In this document: positions 19,533 through 26,684 of the stretch, piece by piece
Layout of the letters: each line of letters begins with the position of its first letter
How positions within the stretch are numbered: the first letter of the stretch is position 1
IMG/VR virus record: IMGVR_UViG_3300020042_012380
Span: 1 to 38,871 of that record
Length of the DNA: 38,871 nt
Reading direction: 5' to 3' (one strand)
Origin: a virus
Lineage: Duplodnaviria > Caudoviricetes
Notes under the pieces: generated by a model
The model's database searches: none
What the model was told of the DNA's origin: nothing
The model's input: the letters and a program-made list of their open reading frames with translations, nothing else
Program-made: the position numbers and the translations under genes

Positions 19533-21260
19533 ATGAGTAAATTAAACATAGACACAAGTAAATGGGTGAAGGGTAAAGATTACCCTGAATGGATGGATGA
19601 AATTGGCACTTCTATTATCTCGCAAGGATATTTACTCCCAGAAGAAAATGTATTTAAAGCATTTCATCGAGTATCAAAGGCAGCAGGACGTAGATTAAAA
19701 CGTAAAGATCTTCAACCATTCTTTATGGAAGCAATGGAAAAAAATTGGTTATGTTTAGCATCTCCTGTATTATCAAATTTAGGTACTGAACGTGGTATGC
19801 CAATTTCATGTTTTGGAATTGATACAGATGATTCAATTGAAGGAATTGCACTAGCAAATTCTGAATTGATGCGTTTATCATCTCAAGGTGGTGGAGTTGG
19901 GATTGGTGTATCTCGAATTAGAGGTAGAGGTAAAGAAATTGCTGGAAACGGTGTATCTGAAGGTGTAGTTCCTTGGGTTAAAATATATGATTCAACAATT
20001 TTAGCTACCAATCAAGGATCCGTTAGACGTGGTGCAGCATCTGTTAATTTACACGTGAATCATCCCGATATAGAGGAATTTTTAATGGTTCGCCGTCCAA
20101 AAGGAGATGTTAACAGACAATGTTTAAACATGCATCAATGTGTTGTTATCGATGATGATTTTATGAACAAATTAGAGGAAAAAGAACCACGTGCTTTGCG
20201 ATTGTGGGGAGAAATCCTTAAAACCCGTTTAGAAACAGGTGAACCTTATTTAATGTTTGAGGACAATATCAACAACAACAACCCACAAGCATATAAAAAT
20301 AATAACTTGAAAGTCTCGATGACAAATATTTGCTCCGAGATTGCACTTTACACAGACCCATTACATTCATTTATTTGCTGTTTATCTTCATTAAATTTGG
20401 CACGTTGGGATGAATGGAAAGACTATAAATTTGAAAACGGAATGACTTTACCTGAATTAACTTGTTGGTTTTTGGAAGGTGTATTACAAGAATTTATTGA
20501 CAGATCCAAAAATGTAAAATTCATGGAAAACACATACCGCTCAGCAGTTAAAGGTAGAGCAATTGGTATTGGTGTTTTAGGTTGGCATACATTTCTGCAA
20601 GAAAAAGGAATACCGTTTGCGGGATTACAAGCAAACTCTTACACTCGAATAATGTCTCAATTCATTGAAAATGAAACATTGAAAGCATCACGTGACCAAG
20701 CAGAATTATATGGAGAGCCTGAATGGTGTAAAGGTACAGGTTTAAGACATACCCACCACCAAGCAATTGCTCCAACAGTATCAAATGCTAATATTTCAGG
20801 TGGAGTTTCCCCATCAGTTGAGCCAATTCCTGCAAATGTATTTAACTTAAAAACCGCAAAAGGTACATTTATTAAACGTAATCCAACATTGGAACGTTTA
20901 CTTAAATCTAAAGGATATAATATTGACAGTATTTGGGAACAAATCGCTAAAGATAAAGGATCGGTTATGGGTTTACCTGACCATATTTTATCTCCTGAAG
21001 AAAAAGAAGTATTTTTGACATTCAAAGAAATCAACCCATATGAAATTGTTCGCCAAAATGGGATTAGACAAAAATATATTGACCAAGCTATTTCATTGAA
21101 CTTAACATTTGATCCATCTGATTCACCTAAATACATTAGTGAAGTGCATAAGTTAGCTTGGAGAGAAGGTATTAAAACATTGTACTATATGAGAAGCGAA
21201 AGTATCCTAAGAGGAGATAACCTACAACGTACAGCTGACTGTGTTTCTTGTGAAGGTTAA
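19533..21260 (+). CDS. nrdA: Ribonucleotide reductase class I alpha subunit (no ATP cone)
   Basis: SPVLSN, PISCF, QGSVRRGA, TNICSEI, APTVS, KTLYY and C-terminal CVSCEG. Confidence 0.96.
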   Translation: MSKLNIDTSKWVKGKDYPEWMDEIGTSIISQGYLLPEENVFKAFHRVSKAAGRRLKRKDLQPFFMEAMEKNWLCLASPVLSNLGTERGMPISCFGIDTDDSIEGIALANSELMRLSSQGGGVGIGVSRIRGRGKEIAGNGVSEGVVPWVKIYDSTILATNQGSVRRGAASVNLHVNHPDIEEFLMVRRPKGDVNRQCLNMHQCVVIDDDFMNKLEEKEPRALRLWGEILKTRLETGEPYLMFEDNINNNNPQAYKNNNLKVSMTNICSEIALYTDPLHSFICCLSSLNLARWDEWKDYKFENGMTLPELTCWFLEGVLQEFIDRSKNVKFMENTYRSAVKGRAIGIGVLGWHTFLQEKGIPFAGLQANSYTRIMSQFIENETLKASRDQAELYGEPEWCKGTGLRHTHHQAIAPTVSNANISGGVSPSVEPIPANVFNLKTAKGTFIKRNPTLERLLKSKGYNIDSIWEQIAKDKGSVMGLPDHILSPEEKEVFLTFKEINPYEIVRQNGIRQKYIDQAISLNLTFDPSDSPKYISEVHKLAWREGIKTLYYMRSESILRGDNLQRTADCVSCEG

Positions 21261-21271
21261 ATATGTATAAT
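21260..21271 (+). promoter_or_regulatory. Putative late promoter variant AATATGTATAAT upstream of the lysis genes
   Basis: One mismatch to AATATTTATAAT; 3 nt before ATG 21275, the same spacing as the 1475 copy. Confidence 0.5.
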
Positions 21272-21274
21272 AAA

Positions 21275-21526
21275 ATGACTAGAACTGTTAGAAAACTTAA
21301 ACGAAAATACTGGTCCCCAACTCCAAAAAAATGGAGAAAAATTGGAGACACTTTTTTAGCCCTATCTTCAGTACTTGCGATTGGAGGGTTATGGCAATTT
21401 GATAATCTTAAAGACATTTTTACAGTATTTGAAATTAAAGCAATGATAGTTACTTCTATTGCTATGGGTGCTACAGGAAAATTTTTAACAAACTTCTTTA
21501 AAGAAGAAGAAACTAAAGACATTTAA
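21275..21526 (+). CDS. Putative holin (two transmembrane segments)
   Basis: Basic N-terminus (PTPKKWRKIGD), two hydrophobic stretches, charged tail; directly precedes the endolysin-like gene; start may instead be 21263. Confidence 0.55.
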   Translation: MTRTVRKLKRKYWSPTPKKWRKIGDTFLALSSVLAIGGLWQFDNLKDIFTVFEIKAMIVTSIAMGATGKFLTNFFKEEETKDI

Positions 21527-21811
21527 TATGAACTATGATTGGTTAAAAGAAGAAAAATCTCCAAAACTTTTAGTAGAAGCTATTAAACATATTGGAGTTA
21601 AAGAAATTGTAGGCTCAAAGCACAACCCAGTTATTTTAGAGTGGGCGGGAGCTGTAGGACTTAAAAGTATTTACACTAATGATGAAATTCCATGGTGTGG
21701 ATTATTTATTGCATATTGTGCTCATTCTGCAGGTTTACAAGTAGTAGAAAGACCATTATGGGCTTTGAACTGGGCAAAGTATGGTAATAAAGTTGATGAA
21801 CCTATGCTTGG

Positions 21812-21924
21812 TGATATTTTAACCTTTAAAAGAAATGGAGGCGGACATGTTGGGATTTACGTAGGGGAAGATAAAACACATTACCATGTATTAGGTGGAA
21901 ACCAAAACAATTCCGTAAGTGTAT
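21812..21924 (+). repeat. 113-bp exact direct repeat, copy 1
   Basis: TGATATTTTAACCTTTAAAAGAAATGG...CCGTAAGTGTAT is identical to 23004-23116. Confidence 0.95.
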
Positions 21925-22975
21925 GCCATCCTAAAACACCAATACCAATTGCTCTACCTTTAGATGCTGAGCGGTATGTGTTTTCCATAAAGCGGATATT
22001 TTTAGAACGGTCAATAAATTCTTGTAGTACACCTTCTAAAAACCAACAAGTTAATTCAGGTAAAGTCATTCCATTTTCAAATGTATGTTCTTTCCATTCA
22101 TCCCATCTTGCTAAATTAAGAGAAGATAAACAACAAATAAATGAATGTAATTCATCTGTGTATAATGAAATTTCAGAACAAATATTTGTCATCGAAACAT
22201 GTAAATTGTTCTTTTTATATGCTTCAGGATTTGCATTGTTTACATTATCCTCAAACATAATATAAGGTTCACCTGTTTCTAAACGTGTTTTTAAAATTTC
22301 ACCCCATAATTTAAGTGCTTTAGGATCACGTTCTTCAACTTTGTTCATAAATTCATCATCAATTACTACACATTGATGCATATTTAAACACTGTCTATTA
22401 ACATCACCTTTCGGGCGACGAATCATTAAGAACTCTTCAATGTCAGGGTGATTGATGTTTAAGTTAACTGAAGCAGCTCCACGTCTAACTGAACCTTGAT
22501 TAGTTGCTAGAATAGTTGAATCATAAATTTTAATCCATGGAACTACACCCTCAGATACACCATTTCCTGAAATAGGTTTACCGCGTCCTCTAATTCGAGA
22601 TACACCAATACCTACACCTCCACCTTGAGATGATAAACGCATCAATTCAGAATTTGCTAATGCAATTCCTTCAATTGAATCATCTGTATCAATTCCAAAA
22701 CATGAAATAGGCATTCCACGTTCTGTTCCTAGGTTTGATAAAACAGGTGAAGCTAAACATAACCAATTTTTTACCATTGCTTCATAAAAGAATGGTTGTA
22801 AATCTTTACGTTTTAATCGACGAGCAGCTGCTTTAGATACTCGTTTAAATGCATCAAAAACATCTTCATCGGGTAACAAATACCCTTTTGAAATCATTGA
22901 TAATGAAATCTCATTCATCCACGTAGGGTAATTTTTACCCTTAATCCAGTTTGTTGTATCTACTTGTATGCTCAT
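21881..22975 (-). pseudogene. nrdA: Truncated second nrdA (N-terminal ~352 aa), inverted and not identical to the resident nrdA
   Basis: Aligns to resident NrdA from the start to GVLGWHT, then reads into the antisense of the endolysin gene; lacks the C-terminal YY and CxxC; preceded by an nrdB tail (STADWSDL*) at about 22980-23006. Confidence 0.9.
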
Positions 22976-23003
22976 AATTTTATAAATCGCTCCAATCAGC
23001 GGT

Positions 23004-23116
23004 TGATATTTTAACCTTTAAAAGAAATGGAGGCGGACATGTTGGGATTTACGTAGGGGAAGATAAAACACATTACCATGTATTAGGTGGAAACCAAAAC
23101 AATTCCGTAAGTGTAT
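23004..23116 (+). repeat. 113-bp exact direct repeat, copy 2
   Basis: Identical to 21812-21924; continues into the true 3' end of the endolysin gene. Confidence 0.95.
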
Positions 23117-23249
23117 CCAGAATTGCTAAATCTAGATTACACCAAGCAAGAAGAACAGCATGGAAAATAGCTCAACCAGCTAACGTAAGAAAAGTATTCC
23201 TTGAAGCAAAAGGAACTATTACTACAAATGAACAATAAAATATAATAAC

Positions 23250-23417
23250 ATGACAAAAGAACAAACACTAGGAATTATCCGCCATGCTTTAACATTTGTT
23301 GGAGGTATTCTTTTAATGAAAGGAATCATAGATGAAACAATTTGGACTGAACTTTCAGGTAGTGCTATGACACTAGTTGGAATTGTATGGTCAATAATTG
23401 ACAAAAACAAAAAATAA
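23250..23417 (+). CDS. Small two-TM membrane protein, putative holin (not in the ORF track)
   Basis: MTKEQTLGIIRHALTFVGGILLMKGIIDETIWTELSGSAMTLVGIVWSIIDKNKK, 55 aa, between the endolysin 3' end and a terminator. Confidence 0.75.
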   Translation: MTKEQTLGIIRHALTFVGGILLMKGIIDETIWTELSGSAMTLVGIVWSIIDKNKK

Positions 23418-23440
23418 TTAATTTTTTTTTAAAAGTATTT

Positions 23441-23469
23441 GGAGTTCCAATAGGGACTCCTTATTTTTT
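23441..23469 (+). terminator. Rho-independent terminator
   Basis: GGAGTTCC-AATA-GGGACTCC hairpin (one G.U pair) followed by TTATTTTTT. Confidence 0.75.
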
Positions 23470-23498
23470 CTACATGGACGATAATATCAAAACGTATT

Positions 23499-23510
23499 AA
23501 TATTTATGAT
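23499..23510 (+). promoter_or_regulatory. Putative late promoter variant AATATTTATGAT
   Basis: Follows the terminator and lies 5 nt before ATG 23516. Confidence 0.55.
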
Positions 23511-23515
23511 ACGAA

Positions 23516-23827
23516 ATGGAGCCCTTATTAAATAACACCCCAATACAATGGGTTCAGGTTACTGATCCTTCTACTGGGAGAGTATATTATGCTCCTGATT
23601 CGTACATTTATACCTTTAATGATAGTGAAAGATTTATAAATATAGAAGGAATACTTGTAGCAGATGCTTCATCAGCTAATACTGGTTCCTTATTAACAAC
23701 TGCTTCATTTACAAATCCTCTTTTAGAATTTACAAAAGGAAACGGAAGTGGATTTGCATTAAATTTATCTTCTTTAGTAGTTACAAATGCCCAAACTGCA
23801 TCCTATATAAATGGAGGAACGTTTTAA
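23516..23827 (+). CDS. Small virion/tail-fibre-associated protein ending in NGGTF
   Basis: TGSLLTTASF, TASY and terminal YINGGTF motifs shared with neighbouring fibre-like genes. Confidence 0.65.
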   Translation: MEPLLNNTPIQWVQVTDPSTGRVYYAPDSYIYTFNDSERFINIEGILVADASSANTGSLLTTASFTNPLLEFTKGNGSGFALNLSSLVVTNAQTASYINGGTF

Positions 23828-24177
23828 TGTCAACAAGAATACCCTTTCAATGGAACACAGCAAACTTTAATTGGAATGCAATAAATCCAACTGATGGAAA
23901 AATATATCCACCAAATGAAATAGTAACTGGGACAAATTTATGGAATGATTGCGCTTTAATTATAGAAATAATTGAAGCAATGCGAGGAGGAAAATCTCCT
24001 GACGACTATTTAAACCAAAATCCAGAAAAGAAAAAACAATTTATTAAATTGCTTTGCAAAGTACAGGGAAAAGAATACAAAGAAAATAAAGAGGTACATA
24101 AAGCCAAAATATTTATACGAGATGTAAAACTAGTTGCTAAAGAAGTACTAGGAGTAGACGTAAAAATTAACAAATAA
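23827..24177 (+). CDS. Hypothetical phage protein
   Basis: 116-aa ORF, translationally coupled (TAATG overlaps) on both sides. Confidence 0.7.
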   Translation: MSTRIPFQWNTANFNWNAINPTDGKIYPPNEIVTGTNLWNDCALIIEIIEAMRGGKSPDDYLNQNPEKKKQFIKLLCKVQGKEYKENKEVHKAKIFIRDVKLVAKEVLGVDVKINK

Positions 24178-24722
24178 TGTATACACTATACACAGACAAA
24201 CAAGAACTTTTTGAATGTTCTATATCGCTAGAAGGAGCTTCTGTTAAAAACAGTAAAGTTCGTTTAGTGGTAGAAGCAGATAATTTAAACCTTTTATTTA
24301 AAGGAACCATTGACTCTAGTGGAAAATGTACCGTTCCTATCCGTAAATTAAAAAATCTTTTAGAAGAATCAACAAAAGGTAAAATAAAGCTTGAGGTTAT
24401 AGCAGATGATACGTATTTTACACCATGGGAATCTGATTTTGAAGTAGAAACTGCTAGAAAAGTAACCGTGGAAGTAAAATCACAAACAAACAAAAACACA
24501 CTTGCTGAAAATAAAACGGGGGTTACCGTTAAAAACATTAAAGTAGGTGACCATGTTCAAAACTTGTCTAGAATGCTTGTGAAAGAAAATATTAACGTAA
24601 ACAATATGGCTTTAAACAAAGCCAAATTAAACAATGTTATATCTTCTTATTTGAAAATAAACAAAATCAGCGATGATGAAAAAAGCAGAATAATAGAGGG
24701 TATTATTCGAACATTAATTTAA
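24177..24722 (+). CDS. Hypothetical phage protein with a beta-rich N-terminal domain
   Basis: 181-aa ORF coupled to the upstream gene; LEVIADDTYFTPWESDF segment. Confidence 0.7.
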   Translation: MYTLYTDKQELFECSISLEGASVKNSKVRLVVEADNLNLLFKGTIDSSGKCTVPIRKLKNLLEESTKGKIKLEVIADDTYFTPWESDFEVETARKVTVEVKSQTNKNTLAENKTGVTVKNIKVGDHVQNLSRMLVKENINVNNMALNKAKLNNVISSYLKINKISDDEKSRIIEGIIRTLI

Positions 24723-24730
24723 AATAAGTT

Positions 24731-24994
24731 ATGGCAGGACCTTTTGATTTTACAGGTCAAGATATAGAAACAACATATCAGAGAGTTCTTCAAACTGATG
24801 GTGTTAACATATACGATGGGACTGGATCTCTGTTTGTGATTTCGGGTTCATCCCCTTCTATAGACACTGGTTCTTTTGCAACTACAGGGTCAAACATTTT
24901 TGTAGGAAATCAAATAGTAACAGGAAGTATCTTAGTTACAAACTCCGTGTCTGCCTCATATTTTGTTGGTACAATAGATGGAGGCACTTTTTAA
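24731..24994 (+). CDS. Small tail-fibre-associated protein ending in DGGTF
   Basis: DTGSFATTGSNIFVGNQIVTGS fibre-type repeat; terminal IDGGTF. Confidence 0.65.
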   Translation: MAGPFDFTGQDIETTYQRVLQTDGVNIYDGTGSLFVISGSSPSIDTGSFATTGSNIFVGNQIVTGSILVTNSVSASYFVGTIDGGTF

Positions 24995-25004
24995 TATTTA
25001 TAAA
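24993..25004 (+). promoter_or_regulatory. Putative late promoter variant AATATTTATAAA
   Basis: Fills the short gap before ATG 25007. Confidence 0.5.
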
Positions 25005-25006
25005 CA

Positions 25007-26674
25007 ATGAGTACAATTATAACCAGAAATAGCGCAACTTCAGGAAGTACACCTGCTTCACTTGTTCAAGGTGAATTAGCTATCAATGTAAAAGATGGCA
25101 GACTATTTTATGGTTCAGGTTCAGGAAATGTAGTAAAAGAATTTACTGGAAGTGCAAGTGGAGGTGGAACTATTAATACTGGTTCATTTGTTACTACATC
25201 TTCATTTAACAATTATACTGGTTCTAACACGTCTCAATTTGCAGGTACGGCATCATATGCTACAAATGCTTTAAGTGCTTCATATGCAATAACCGCTTCA
25301 TACGCTTTAAACGCATTAAGTGCTTCATACGCAACAACAGCTTCATATTCAAACAATTCAACAAGTGCTTCATTTGCAACAACTGCATTAAGTGCTTCAT
25401 ATGCTTTATCTGCATCATATGCACCTGCAGGAAATCCATTCCCATTTAATGGTAATGCTCAAATTTCAGGCTCATTAGGAGTAACTGGTTCATTTAGTGT
25501 GTTAGACAGTATCGATGCTACTAATAAAATATTAGTTGGTTCTGGTCCAATGCCAGGCAGCACGGAAGATTCGGTTAACTGGGATAGCAGAACATTATTC
25601 GATAGTAACGGAAATTTTTCAGTTAGATGGGGTAATCTTCGATCTTTATATGATACAAATGTATCGCAGTCAATCGATTGGAATACCCGACAACTTAAAA
25701 TAGACAATGGTTTTAGTGCTTACACTGTTGATTGGAACACGGGTATATTACAAGACACGGTTGCAAAAACTTCTATTGATTGGCAAAACAGACAGTTAAA
25801 AAACAATAATGGAACCGGGAATCTAAACTGGAGCTCTGGCGTATCAATAACCGGATCGTTAACTGTATCTGGCTCATCAACATTTGCAAACAGCGCAATT
25901 ATATCAGGTAGTCTTGTAGTTACCGGATCACTAATCGTATCCGGTTCATCAACATTTACAAACATAGGACCTGCTCGATTTTCTGGCTCATTTATTGTTC
26001 GAGGAGATTTAATCCCAGGATCCCCTCCATTCATTCCTAATATTGGCCCATATGATGCTATTAAGGTAGACGATATTGCTGGTCAAAGACTACTCTATGG
26101 AACGCCAAACCAAGGTGCTAGCGCTAGTATAGATTTTGGAAACAGAACACTATACACACGTAACGGAACCGATGCATTAAGTTGGAGTGGACAGTCTGGA
26201 ACATACGAGACATTTCTTTACAATCAACAATATATCACCGAAACTAGTAGAGGTAACTTGTTTGGATACAATAGTTACGGCGGACAAATTTTAGGAGATT
26301 CGTATTTTAATATTGCAGTTACAGACAACGATTTGGTTTATCTAAATACAGATGGGCAGTGGTATCAGGTAAATCAAACTACAAATACTTCAACCAAAAT
26401 GTTAGGAATAGCTAAGAACATATTTTCACAAACCGGATCTGTTGTAATAGAAGGCGACATAGTTGTTACTACTGCAACTGGATACCCTGCAGTTGCTAAT
26501 GCCGGATACGGACTTCCAGTATACATTAAGCAGGGTGCAGGAACGATTATGGATACAGCAATACCAGTATCTGGATACGTAAGGTTATTAGGACACTGTT
26601 ACTGGAATAGTGGCGGTGGCGGCACTGAATGGATCATGAAATTTAGACCATCACATGAGTGGATTGGATTATAA
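25007..26674 (+). CDS. Tail fibre / spike-like protein
   Basis: N-terminal P.SLVQGELAINVKDGRLFYG fibre-attachment motif; SASYA repeats; (I/V)(T/S)GS beta repeats; Trp-containing IDWxxRxL repeats. Confidence 0.75.
   Translation: MSTIITRNSATSGSTPASLVQGELAINVKDGRLFYGSGSGNVVKEFTGSASGGGTINTGSFVTTSSFNNYTGSNTSQFAGTASYATNALSASYAITASYALNALSASYATTASYSNNSTSASFATTALSASYALSASYAPAGNPFPFNGNAQISGSLGVTGSFSVLDSIDATNKILVGSGPMPGSTEDSVNWDSRTLFDSNGNFSVRWGNLRSLYDTNVSQSIDWNTRQLKIDNGFSAYTVDWNTGILQDTVAKTSIDWQNRQLKNNNGTGNLNWSSGVSITGSLTVSGSSTFANSAIISGSLVVTGSLIVSGSSTFTNIGPARFSGSFIVRGDLIPGSPPFIPNIGPYDAIKVDDIAGQRLLYGTPNQGASASIDFGNRTLYTRNGTDALSWSGQSGTYETFLYNQQYITETSRGNLFGYNSYGGQILGDSYFNIAVTDNDLVYLNTDGQWYQVNQTTNTSTKMLGIAKNIFSQTGSVVIEGDIVVTTATGYPAVANAGYGLPVYIKQGAGTIMDTAIPVSGYVRLLGHCYWNSGGGGTEWIMKFRPSHEWIGL
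25250..25423 (+). repeat. Degenerate coding tandem repeat encoding (S/T)ASYA units
   Basis: About eight GC(T/A)TCAT(A/T)(T/C) cores, mostly 18 or 27 nt apart: TASYATNALSASYAITASYALNALSASYATTASYS... Confidence 0.8.
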
Positions 26675-26684
26675 AAGGTAAAAT

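Larger units (their letters stand above)
21528..23238 (+). pseudogene. TIGR02594-family (CHAP/NlpC-like) endolysin candidate interrupted by an inverted nrdA insertion
   Basis: GVKEIVGSKHNPVIL...DEIPWCGLF...GGGHVG...VLGGNQNNSV motifs. Deleting 1192 bp (insert plus one repeat copy) restores a 172-aa ORF ending SRIAKSRLHQARRTAW...TTNEQ* at 23238. Confidence 0.85.

Noticed and set aside
21528-22265. 245-aa ORF as a genuine full-length protein
   Set aside because: Everything after ...NNSVSV is antisense read-through into the inverted nrdA insert; the true C-terminus lies at 23117-23238.
21812-23116. Insertion sequence, intron or homing element with target-site duplication
   Set aside because: No transposase, endonuclease, terminal inverted repeats or intron features; the cargo is purely nrdB/nrdA sequence and the duplication is too long.
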